From: Actinomycetota bacterium
GTDB taxonomy: Bacteria > Actinomycetota > Acidimicrobiia > Acidimicrobiales > Ilumatobacteraceae
NCBI GenBank assembly: GCA_043725585.1
Contig: JAYSLK010000305.1
Location: forward strand, 1 to 28,792
Direction of reading: 5' to 3'
Length of the DNA stretch: 28,792 nt
The notes under the pieces were generated by a model. It made no database searches. It was not told the DNA's origin and was given only the letters and a program-made list of their open reading frames with translations. Shown piece by piece: positions 8,947 to 16,843 of the stretch. The position numbers and the translations under genes were made by a program. How positions within the stretch are numbered: the stretch's first letter is position 1; each line of letters opens with the position of its first letter.

Positions 8947-9069
8947 ATGGCTGCAAAGAAGGCACCCGCCAAGAAGGCTGCACCGGCCAAGAAGGCTGCA
9001 CCGGCCAAGAAGGCTGCACCGGCCCAGAAGGCTGCACCCGCCAAGAAGGCTGCTGCCAAGAAGAAGTGA
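8947..9069 (+). CDS. 40-aa Lys/Ala/Pro-rich histone H1-like peptide MAAKKAPAKKAAPAKKAAPAKKAAPAQKAAPAKKAAAKKK
   Basis: Own RBS GAAGGAA (8931-8937), ATG, 18-bp tandem units GCCAAGAAGGCTGCACCG, TGA at 9067-9069, then a terminator-like hairpin. Too short for the ORF track. Confidence 0.85.
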   Translation: MAAKKAPAKKAAPAKKAAPAKKAAPAQKAAPAKKAAAKKK

Positions 9070-9096
9070 TTGCCCCGAGCAATTCGGAGCGTTCGC

Positions 9097-9122
9097 AGCG
9101 AGGGGCCTTCGGGCCCCTCGTT
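9097..9122 (+). terminator. Terminator-like hairpin closing the hup-peptide unit
   Basis: CGAGGGGCC-TTCG-GGCCCCTCG (9 bp, cUUCGg loop), extendable by outer pairs. Confidence 0.75.
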
Positions 9123-9158
9123 CGCGTTCCGACGCCTTGACTCGGCAACAATGCTCGG

Positions 9159-9935
9159 ATGGAACTCATCTGCAACGACCTTGTCGACGAGCACTCACAA
9201 CTCGATGAGGTGTTGGCCGAGCTGAGCGAGTCGCAGTGGGGGTTTGCGACCGCCTCGGCCGGATGGGCCATCCGCGACCAGGTGAGCCATCTCTGGTTCT
9301 TCGACCAACGCGCCCTCATGGCGCTCACTGATCCCGGCGAGTTCGAAGACGATGCCAAGCAGCTGATGTCGTCGGGTGGCACCGAAGTCTCCGTGGGGCC
9401 CGGACGAACGATGAGCGGGCGGGAGTTGATCGAGGCGTGGCGGAGCGACCGCGCGCGGCTCGTCCAAGTTGCTCGTGGCGTCGATGCGTCGACTCGAATT
9501 CCGTGGTACGGGCCGGCGATGGGGGCCCGATCGTTCATCACCGCTCGGCTGATGGAGACCTGGGCACATGGGCAGGACGTCTATGACGCTCTCGGCGTGA
9601 CGAGAGAAGCGACGGAGCGGCTTCGTCACGTCGCTCACATCGGAGTGCGCGCTCGACCGTTCAGCTACGCCATTCGCCAGATGGAGTTACCCGATGACGA
9701 CGTCTACGTCGCGCTCACCACACCTTCGGGCGACACCGCGACGTGGGGTCTCCCGACAGCGGCCGATTCGGTACGAGGGCCGATGCTCGACTTCTGCCTC
9801 GTCGTCACTCAACGACGGCATCGCGCCGATACGGCACTCGACATCAGCGGCCCCGCAGCGGAGGAATGGATGGCGATCGCCCAGGCGTTTGCCGGTGCGC
9901 CAGGGCCGGGTCGCACTCCAGGGCAGTTCGGCTGA
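9159..9935 (+). CDS. MDMPI / TIGR03084-type metal-binding protein
   Basis: GWAIRDQVSHL, PWYGPAMGARSFITARLMETWAHGQD, DFCLVVTQRRH. Confidence 0.85.
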   Translation: MELICNDLVDEHSQLDEVLAELSESQWGFATASAGWAIRDQVSHLWFFDQRALMALTDPGEFEDDAKQLMSSGGTEVSVGPGRTMSGRELIEAWRSDRARLVQVARGVDASTRIPWYGPAMGARSFITARLMETWAHGQDVYDALGVTREATERLRHVAHIGVRARPFSYAIRQMELPDDDVYVALTTPSGDTATWGLPTAADSVRGPMLDFCLVVTQRRHRADTALDISGPAAEEWMAIAQAFAGAPGPGRTPGQFG

Positions 9936-9936
9936 T

Positions 9937-10710
9937 CTACAGGTCGGCGATCAGTTTGAAGATCTCTGCGGCGCCGACACCGTGAGCTGCGCCGAGACCT
10001 GACAGCCGCGCACGAATCCGCGCTCGGAAGGCGTCGATCTGTGCACCGTCGGTTGCCTTCATCGTGCTCTCGAACTGTGATTCGTGGGCCTCGAGCGCAT
10101 GGAGCTTCGCCTCGACGGCGTGTGTGACGTCTTCCACGTGATCGGCCACGTCGGCCTCCCACAGCAACAAGGCGCCGGGGCGATGGTGGTCGATGCCGTG
10201 CTCTCTGAAGAAGTGCGGGTCCCGCGCGGCGACGATTGCATCGCACGCGAGGAGCCCTGCATGCCGATGGTCGGGATGGAGGCGATACCGCTTCCACGGA
10301 TCGTGGCCGAGCACCACCTGCGGACGGAGCATCCGGATCACCCGGGCGACCGCGCTGCGGAGCTCGAGGGTGCTCTCCAGCTCACCGTCGATCTGGGCGA
10401 GGAACACGACCTCGCCGGCGTTCGCGCCCGACACGCGCCGTGCGGCCTCGCGCTGTTCGTCGCGGCGACGGATCACGAGGGCATCGGTATCGGCATTCAC
10501 GTCCCACGTGCCCTTGGAACCGTCGGTGCACACGAGGTGGTGCACGATGCAGCCCGCCGACGCCCACTTGGCGAGCGTGCCCCCCGCCCCGAACTCGACG
10601 TCATCGGGATGCGCGCCGATGGCGAGCGCTGAAGAAGGTGTCGCGAGATCGCGTGTGAAGGGCGCGATCAGCGGCTCGGGAGCCGGTTGTCCGGGTTCGT
10701 TTGCAGCCAT
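9937..10710 (-). CDS. PIG-L/LmbE family deacetylase
   Basis: AHPDD, TDGSKG, RRDEQ, DGEL, HPDH, AHESQ. Confidence 0.92.
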   Translation of the reverse strand: MAANEPGQPAPEPLIAPFTRDLATPSSALAIGAHPDDVEFGAGGTLAKWASAGCIVHHLVCTDGSKGTWDVNADTDALVIRRRDEQREAARRVSGANAGEVVFLAQIDGELESTLELRSAVARVIRMLRPQVVLGHDPWKRYRLHPDHRHAGLLACDAIVAARDPHFFREHGIDHHRPGALLLWEADVADHVEDVTHAVEAKLHALEAHESQFESTMKATDGAQIDAFRARIRARLSGLGAAHGVGAAEIFKLIADL

Positions 10711-11354
10711 GGTGGCAGCACGTCCTTCACGAGTGGGTGGATGAGGTCGGCCGGATGGTCGATGTCGAGCGCGAGGTACGCGTCTCGCACCACCTCGACG
10801 GCGTATCGAGTGGCCATCGCCAGTGCGAGATGTCGACGGAACGAACCGCCGCCATACGCGGCCCGCAGCCCATCATCGGCCGCGTCGATCGGGAACGACA
10901 TCACGTTCGTGCCGTCGCATCGGTCGTCGGGCACGAGCAGCACGGTGTCGGGCTGTGCGAACGATGCGAGCCTGGCCGGCCGGGGAAGATCGCCGTGGGC
11001 CACGATCACATGCGGGTGGCCCGCTTCACGGAGCTGGTCGATGGCCCGATTGACGGCGCCGTTCAGGCCGAGACCCTCCTGCCACAGGACGATTGCACCG
11101 TGCTGACGAGCCCAGGCGGCAACGGCATGGTCGTCGCATGCGACGGCGACGGGGCCGTCGCCCGCTGCGGCGATGACGCGCTCGGCGGTCCATCGGGCCA
11201 GCCGCTCTCGGCGAGCCGAGTCGAGGACCGGTTCGAGGCGGCACTTCGCCAGATGGAACGCCTTGATGGGAACCAGCACGACGGCATCCAACCTCGCAGT
11301 GGAACCAGGCGCCACGGCGCCGGAGTGGGGGTGCGCCTCGGTCACAGGGCTCAT
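10668..11354 (-). CDS. cofC: 2-phospho-L-lactate/PEP guanylyltransferase (F420 biosynthesis)
   Basis: VPIKAFHLAKCRL, GLNGAV, HGDLP, DGTN, DIDHPADL. True start may be GTG 11345 (TACCAT 7 nt upstream). Confidence 0.88.
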   Translation of the reverse strand: MSPVTEAHPHSGAVAPGSTARLDAVVLVPIKAFHLAKCRLEPVLDSARRERLARWTAERVIAAAGDGPVAVACDDHAVAAWARQHGAIVLWQEGLGLNGAVNRAIDQLREAGHPHVIVAHGDLPRPARLASFAQPDTVLLVPDDRCDGTNVMSFPIDAADDGLRAAYGGGSFRRHLALAMATRYAVEVVRDAYLALDIDHPADLIHPLVKDVLPPWLQTNPDNRLPSR

Positions 11355-11412
11355 GGTAGGCAGCTGGTCGTCGCCGGGTGTGGCCGAGGTCGTCCCTCGC
11401 TACGGTGGTGGC

Positions 11413-11442
11413 ATGCCCAGCTTCGAGGCCGACAGATCGTGA
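11413..11442 (+). other. Putative leaderless 9-aa uORF MPSFEADRS
   Basis: TACGGT, 6 nt, ATG; its TGA overlaps the downstream GTG (GTGA). Confidence 0.4.
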
Positions 11443-12686
11443 CCGCTGCGAAGACAGCCCTCGGCGCACCCGTGGCGCACCCGCCCACCATCGGCGTGCT
11501 CGGTGGCGCATGGCGCGCGACCGTGGCGCCGTGGGGAGCCGTGCAGGTGTGGGACGGCCTCGGCACCCTCGACTGGTTCATCGCCGCCGACGACCGGTGG
11601 TACGTGCCGGCCGATGAGCCGACCGTCCGCCAGTCGCTCGTGGAGGGAACGCCGGTCGTCGAGACGCGCGTGCGCATCCCCAACGGCGATGCCGTTCACC
11701 GCGCGTACGTGGTTGCAGACCGTGGCGGCATGACGATCATCGAGGTCGAGAACGACTCGTCGATGCCCATCGCGATCGCCTTCGCAGGGGCGGCGCTGCT
11801 CTCCCAACGGCCGCCGACGGACATGCCGCTCCAGGGCATCGAGCTGCCGGCAGGGGCCGTGGCGTTCCCGATCGGCCATCGTTCGTCCATCACCGTTGCG
11901 ATCGCTCACGATCCCACCACCGGCGCGGCTCGCAACCGCCAGTTGCCCGCAGGCCTTCCCCCGGCAACGCAGGTGGTGCGCGGTTGGCTCGCGGCCGCCG
12001 AACGCGCCAGTCGTCTGTTGGTGCCCGACACCACGATGGCATCGTGCGTGGTGCGCGACCGGTGTCAGCTCATGCTCGACGGACCGGTAGCGGTCGCGAA
12101 GGACCCGATCGCGTTCCTGCTCGGCATCGCCGATCTCGTACGGATGGGCAGCATCGCCGAGCCGTGGATGCCCGAGGTCGTCGATGCGGTTGCAGCGCTC
12201 GCTGCGCACACGGGCGACCCACTCGTCGCCGCGGCGTTCGACGCTGCCGAACGGGTGTGTCTCGGCGCCGATGAGGTGCGGGCTGCGAAGGACCTTCGCA
12301 AGATGCGTAGCCGCGTGCTCGGCGGAGCAGCGGTCGCGTTTTCGATGCCCGCTGTTGTCGACGGCGTGCGCGGGATCTCCCAGCTCGAACGAGCGATCGC
12401 CGACGGTGGTGATCTGTTTCCGAGTGGGATGCCCACCGCCTGGCTGGGCCAGAACTTCGAGTTCTACGGCGTTCCGACCGGCGCTGCCTCGGAGGTGTCG
12501 TGCGCGATTCGGTGGCACGGGGAACGCCCCGCTGTCCTGTGGGAGTGCACCGGCGACCCGGTGATGCTGACGTCGACGGGCGCCGCGCCAGGTTGGAGCA
12601 CCACGGAACGAACCGGCGAAACGCTCTGGCCCGTGCCTGCCGGCGCAGTGCCGATGCAACCGACGGACGGCGTCTCCTTCAGCTGA
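11439..12686 (+). CDS. Hypothetical protein, about 415 aa
   Basis: The C-terminal part of the track ORF 10701..12686 reads as a normal globular protein; the upstream part is the antisense shadow of cofC. TGATG overlap with the next gene. Start uncertain. Confidence 0.75.
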   Translation: MTAAKTALGAPVAHPPTIGVLGGAWRATVAPWGAVQVWDGLGTLDWFIAADDRWYVPADEPTVRQSLVEGTPVVETRVRIPNGDAVHRAYVVADRGGMTIIEVENDSSMPIAIAFAGAALLSQRPPTDMPLQGIELPAGAVAFPIGHRSSITVAIAHDPTTGAARNRQLPAGLPPATQVVRGWLAAAERASRLLVPDTTMASCVVRDRCQLMLDGPVAVAKDPIAFLLGIADLVRMGSIAEPWMPEVVDAVAALAAHTGDPLVAAAFDAAERVCLGADEVRAAKDLRKMRSRVLGGAAVAFSMPAVVDGVRGISQLERAIADGGDLFPSGMPTAWLGQNFEFYGVPTGAASEVSCAIRWHGERPAVLWECTGDPVMLTSTGAAPGWSTTERTGETLWPVPAGAVPMQPTDGVSFS

Positions 12687-13591
12687 TGTGCGACACGCTC
12701 GTGGCACTGCCGTCGGCGACGGGTACGGGTGCCACGCTCTTCGCCAAGAACAGCGATCGGCCACCCGACGAGGCGCAGGACGTGCGCTGGTTCGCGCCGC
12801 GAGTCGACCACGCGGTGACCAGGACCACACACATCGAGGTTCCTGCCCTCGTCGGCCCCACGCGCGGCTGTCTGTTGTCGGTGCCACGTTGGTGTTGGGG
12901 GGCCGAACACGGCGTGAACGACGCCGGCGTCGCGATCGGGAACGAAGCGATCTACACCACGCTCGATCCGCGGCCGGCGCCGCCCGCGCTGACGGGCATG
13001 GATCTGGTGCGGCTCGGACTCGAGCGCGCCGACTCCGCTCGCGGCGCCCTCCAAGTGATCGTCGTGCTGCTCGAGCGACACGGACAGGGTGGTACGGGGC
13101 ACGACCCGGCCGGCTGTCGCGGAGAGCTCGCGTACTGGAGCAGCTTCCTGATCGCCGACGCGACCGAGGCCTTCGTTTTGGAGACCTCGGGTCGGGAGTG
13201 GGCGAGCGAGCAGGTGGCGCAGGCCCGTGCGATTTCGAACCGCACCACGATCGCGTCGTTCGATGCCGGGCACCGGCATCCGCGGCAACCCGTCGAGCGG
13301 CTCGTCGATCCTCGCTGGCACGCCTCGAAGGCAGTGCTGGAGCGGCGGCCGGTCACCTTCGATGCCGTGGTCGCCCATCTGCGCTGCCACGACTCGTGCG
13401 CGGTGCCGGGCTGGGGAGTGTGCATGCACGCCACCGATGACTCCGGCGACCCGGTCGAAGACACGACCGCTTCGATGATCGCCGAGCTCCGTGCTGATGG
13501 TGACTCGCGAGCCTGGGTGCTCGTCGGTCACCCGTGCGAGCGCGACTACATCGAGGTCGCGGTCGGCCAACCGTTCGAACTCACCGCCTGA
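12686..13591 (+). CDS. Peptidase C69 / secernin-like Ntn-hydrolase
   Basis: MCDT (Cys2 nucleophile), FAKNSDRP, WGAEHGVN..GVAIGNEA, GMDLVRLGLERA, SSFLIAD. Confidence 0.88.
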   Translation: MCDTLVALPSATGTGATLFAKNSDRPPDEAQDVRWFAPRVDHAVTRTTHIEVPALVGPTRGCLLSVPRWCWGAEHGVNDAGVAIGNEAIYTTLDPRPAPPALTGMDLVRLGLERADSARGALQVIVVLLERHGQGGTGHDPAGCRGELAYWSSFLIADATEAFVLETSGREWASEQVAQARAISNRTTIASFDAGHRHPRQPVERLVDPRWHASKAVLERRPVTFDAVVAHLRCHDSCAVPGWGVCMHATDDSGDPVEDTTASMIAELRADGDSRAWVLVGHPCERDYIEVAVGQPFELTA

Positions 13592-13630
13592 ACCAGGTCA
13601 GGCGATCCGGCCGGGCGGATCACACCTGGT
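13592..13630. terminator. Hairpin between convergent genes, probable bidirectional terminator
   Basis: ACCAGGT/ACCTGGT outer stem plus GATCCG/CGGATC inner stem. Confidence 0.6.
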
Positions 13631-13633
13631 GGA

Positions 13634-14185
13634 TCAGCGGGCGTCCAGAGCCGACATCACGTTCGCCAGCTTCAGGCGAACCAGCTCGGTGATCTTGTCG
13701 TCGGTGACGCCATCGGCGGTGATGCGGGTCTGTCCCATCTTCACGTTGATCGCCGGCGCGTCGACGACGGTGTTGCCGAGATAGCCGAGGATCAGCGCGA
13801 GCGGAGGCTGCACCCGCGAGCCGCCACCCATGCCCCCACTCGTCATCATCGCGATCACCTTGCCCGTGAGCGCGTGCGCGCCCGGTGGGCGCGTGAGCCA
13901 ATCGATCGCGTTCTTCGCCACCGCCGATGGGCTGAAGTTGTGCTCCGGCATGCCGATCAGCAGCGCGTCGGCGCGCACGACGAGCTCGCGCCAGCGGATC
14001 ACCGATGCCGGGGGATCGGACTCGAGGTCCTCGTTGTAGAACGGCAGGGCCTGGATGGCCGCCTGCGGTTCGTCGAAGTCGATCGTCAGGCCAACCGGCG
14101 CGATCTGCTGCGCGAGGCGGACGAGACCGGTGTTCGACGAGCTCGAGCGGAGGCTTCCGGAGATGGCGATGACGGAGAAGGTCAT
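13634..14185 (-). CDS. NADPH-dependent FMN reductase
   Basis: ISGSLRSSSSN, LPFYNEDLE, PEHNFS, KNAIDWLTRP, GK. Confidence 0.92.
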   Translation of the reverse strand: MTFSVIAISGSLRSSSSNTGLVRLAQQIAPVGLTIDFDEPQAAIQALPFYNEDLESDPPASVIRWRELVVRADALLIGMPEHNFSPSAVAKNAIDWLTRPPGAHALTGKVIAMMTSGGMGGGSRVQPPLALILGYLGNTVVDAPAINVKMGQTRITADGVTDDKITELVRLKLANVMSALDAR

Positions 14186-14865
14186 GGCTCGAGTACCGCC
14201 GGATCGGCCAGATCGATCGAGCCCGGCTCGATCACGGTGGCGTAGGCCCGGCTCACCGGTCCGCGTTCGTGGTGCATGCGATTGAAGTCACCGTCGCTGA
14301 ACCAGGCCCGGTTGTGCGTGCAGGGAAGCGCCCACGCGCTCACCTCGCACAGCACCGATCCGAGCTGCAGTCGGACTCCTGGGCGGACGGCCGACCAATC
14401 GAGTCCGGTCACGGTGACGTTCTCACCCGCCGAGCCGGCGGCGATGGGATGTCCGCCGAGGGCGAACCCGTCTACCACCTCCGTCGACCAGATGCAGAGT
14501 GCCTGCCACGGGCGCCCGTGATGCTGCCGGCTGCGCTGACGATCGCCGATCACGCCGCTCCAGCCCACGTCGACGCGGGGAACCGGCGTCTTGGGCACGC
14601 CGCCGTCACTTCGGTTCAGCTGGGCCACCACGCCGGTCGCCCGCTGTGGGAGCTGACCAGCGGCCCGCAATGCCGGTCCGACGGCGAGCATCGCCTCCCA
14701 TGCCCTGGGCAACACCTCGGCCACGGGGCCGTCGAGGTCGGGTCGGAGGTGGGCGACGACCGATGCGTCGCGTCCGAGCACCATCTCGTCCCAGATGCCC
14801 GGCAGGTTGGCGATGGTTCGGGCCGCGTCGGTCTCGGTGAACTCGTACGGGTCGAGACGGTACAT
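14182..14865 (-). CDS. MOSC domain protein with an N-terminal extension of about 75 aa
   Basis: GGVPK, GDRQ, HHG..QALC, GENVTV, GSVLCEVS, PC, RAY. TAGCAT 8 nt before ATG 14865. The rest of track ORF 14182..16800 is a shadow. Confidence 0.88.
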   Translation of the reverse strand: MYRLDPYEFTETDAARTIANLPGIWDEMVLGRDASVVAHLRPDLDGPVAEVLPRAWEAMLAVGPALRAAGQLPQRATGVVAQLNRSDGGVPKTPVPRVDVGWSGVIGDRQRSRQHHGRPWQALCIWSTEVVDGFALGGHPIAAGSAGENVTVTGLDWSAVRPGVRLQLGSVLCEVSAWALPCTHNRAWFSDGDFNRMHHERGPVSRAYATVIEPGSIDLADPAVLEP

Positions 14866-14971
14866 GTGGCCCGATGCTAGGCGAGCCCCGAATTGCCGGC
14901 AGGCCGGCGGGGGGTGGCGCGGGGTGTCGTCTGGTAGGGCAGGTTCTGGCCCGTTTGTGGCCTGGTTGCCG

Positions 14972-14993
14972 TGTCGGTCGGTGCTCCTAGGCT
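14972..14993 (+). promoter_or_regulatory. PafBC (RecA-NDp)-type leaderless promoter of selD
   Basis: TGTCGG-tcggtgctcc-TA-ggc-T, an exact match to TGTCGG-N10-TA-N3-T, 7 nt before ATG 15001. Confidence 0.65.
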
Positions 14994-15000
14994 GTGCGCC

Positions 15001-16065
15001 ATGACCGCCATCGACGCAGCGCAGGCCGGCGACACCGCCGACGTGCACGATCCCTTCGCCGATCTGCGGCTCACCGAGTGGACAACGTGCGGTGGATGCG
15101 CCGCCAAGTGGGGAGCGTCTCTGCTCACCGACCTGGTGCGCGACATGCCGATGGGCGCCGACCCGTCGTTGTTGGTCGGGCTCGCACCGTTCGACGACGC
15201 GGCCATCTACCAGGTGTCTGCCGACGTCGCGCTCGTGAGCACCACCGACTTCTTCCCGCCGCTCGTCGACAACCCGTACGACTTCGGCGCGATCGCTGCT
15301 GCGAATGCCTGCAGCGACGTCTTCGCGATGGGCGGGCGGGTGGTGATCGCCGTGAACGTGGCGGCGTTCCCCGAGCACTTCCCTCGCGAGGCGATCGTCG
15401 CGATCTTCGATGCTGCGGCCGCCGTGGTGGCCGAAGCGGGTGGCACCATTGCCGGCGGACACACGATCCGCAATCCGGAACCGATCTTCGGCTTGGCGGT
15501 GCAGGGTGTGGTGCACCCTGATCGCGTGTTCCGAAAGGGTGGAGCGAAGCCGGGTGACGTGCTGGTCCTGTCGAAGCCGATCGGCACCGCGCTCGCTCTC
15601 GCGGGCGGTTCGAGCCACGACAAGGCCGCGGCGATCGCCGGGATGCGTCGCATCAACCGAGCCGCAAGCGAGGACTTGCAGGAACTCGGCGACGCGGTTC
15701 ACGCCGTCACCGATGTCACGGGGTACGGCCTCGCTGGTCACGGCTGGGAAATGGCCGAGCGCGGTGGCGTGCAAGTCGTGGTCGACACCGATTCGATCGT
15801 TGCGTATCCCGGCGCTCGCGAGGCGGCCGCGCGCGGCGTTCGTACGGGAGGCGATCCGCGCAACCGCGAGTACGTGCACGACAACCTGCTCAGCACGGCG
15901 AGCGACGCCGGAGAGGCCCTGTGCATGGATCCGCAGACCTCCGGCGGTCTGCTCGCAGCCGTCGATCCGGCCATGGTGGCTCGACTGCTCAGCGGTGATA
16001 CCGGGACATCGTGGTGGCGAGTCGGTGAGGTGGCCGAAGGCCCCGCTCGACTCGTGCTGCGTTGA
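15001..16065 (+). CDS. selD: Selenide, water dikinase (Cys form)
   Basis: LTEWTTCGGCAAK (catalytic Cys codon TGC plus Lys), DDAAIY, TTDFFPP, FGAIAAANACSDVFAMGG, GGHT, TDVTGYGL.GH, DPQTSGGLL. Confidence 0.94.
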   Translation: MTAIDAAQAGDTADVHDPFADLRLTEWTTCGGCAAKWGASLLTDLVRDMPMGADPSLLVGLAPFDDAAIYQVSADVALVSTTDFFPPLVDNPYDFGAIAAANACSDVFAMGGRVVIAVNVAAFPEHFPREAIVAIFDAAAAVVAEAGGTIAGGHTIRNPEPIFGLAVQGVVHPDRVFRKGGAKPGDVLVLSKPIGTALALAGGSSHDKAAAIAGMRRINRAASEDLQELGDAVHAVTDVTGYGLAGHGWEMAERGGVQVVVDTDSIVAYPGAREAAARGVRTGGDPRNREYVHDNLLSTASDAGEALCMDPQTSGGLLAAVDPAMVARLLSGDTGTSWWRVGEVAEGPARLVLR

Positions 16066-16143
16066 GGTGCGTCCCGGGCTGAACCACGCACGGCACCACG
16101 CACGGCGCGGCTGAACGGCGCAGGCACGGCAGACTGCACATCG

Positions 16144-16818
16144 ATGGCCGGACGCGCTCCCACTCGCACGATCGAAAAGGAGATGTGGGCGCGCGGGCAC
16201 GATTGGGTGGTCGGCATCGACGAGGTGGGACGAGGGGCGTGGGCGGGACCGCTGATGGTGGGCGCCGCTGTCCTGCCGCGTGACCGGCGGGTCAACGGGG
16301 TGCGCGACTCGAAGATGCTCAGCGAGGCGAACCGGGAGTTCCTGTTCGACCGCATCGCCGGATGGTGCGAGTCGTGGGCTGTCGGCTCGGCGAGCCAGGA
16401 GGAGTGCGACGAGCTCGGCATGGCCGCGGCGCAGAAGCTCGCCGCTCGCCGCGCGCTCGAACAGCTGTCGATTCGTCCCGATGTCGCTGTCGTCGACGGG
16501 AAGTGGAACTTCGTCGCACCGTACGTGCCGAACGTCGAGATGCGCGTGAAGGCCGATCTCCACTGCCTGTCGGTGGCGGCAGCGAGCATCCTCGCCAAGG
16601 TGACTCGCGACCGGCTGATGCGTGTCGAGTCGGTCAACTATCCGCAGTGGAGCTTCGACACGAACAAGGGCTACCCGTGCCCCGTGCACAAGGCAGCACT
16701 GCAGGGCTACGGGCCATCGGCGATCCACCGTCGGTCGTGGGTCTTCATGGACAACTACGTGCCATGGACGGGAACGCCGCGCCTGGTGAAGCACGAGCAA
16801 GGAGTGCTCTTCCGATGA
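16144..16818 (+). CDS. rnhB: Ribonuclease HII
   Basis: GIDEVGRG, DSK, VDG, KAD, AAASILAKVTRD, NKGY, HR.S. Confidence 0.95.
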   Translation: MAGRAPTRTIEKEMWARGHDWVVGIDEVGRGAWAGPLMVGAAVLPRDRRVNGVRDSKMLSEANREFLFDRIAGWCESWAVGSASQEECDELGMAAAQKLAARRALEQLSIRPDVAVVDGKWNFVAPYVPNVEMRVKADLHCLSVAAASILAKVTRDRLMRVESVNYPQWSFDTNKGYPCPVHKAALQGYGPSAIHRRSWVFMDNYVPWTGTPRLVKHEQGVLFR

Positions 16819-16843
16819 GATTCGATCTGGCCACGGTGAGCCG

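Noticed and set aside
8916-8949. Stop-codon read-through joining HU to the AKKAAP peptide
   Set aside because: The ORFs are in different frames (offset 313 nt), the stop is TAA, the peptide has its own RBS, and no slippery heptamer is evident.
8625-9194. Minus-strand 189-aa ORF with AAFLAG repeats
   Set aside because: Reverse complement of HU and the Lys/Ala/Pro peptide; the RBS and terminator support the plus strand.
15001-15120. Selenocysteine in SelD, or another selenoprotein in the window
   Set aside because: The catalytic codon is TGC (Cys), and I found no in-frame TGA interrupting a recognisable protein.
16084-16106. Tandem CCACGCACGGC x2 between selD and rnhB (also GGGCC microrepeats at about 18720-18755 and 26647-26663)
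   Set aside because: Short, GC-rich low-complexity repeats expected by slippage; no supporting context.
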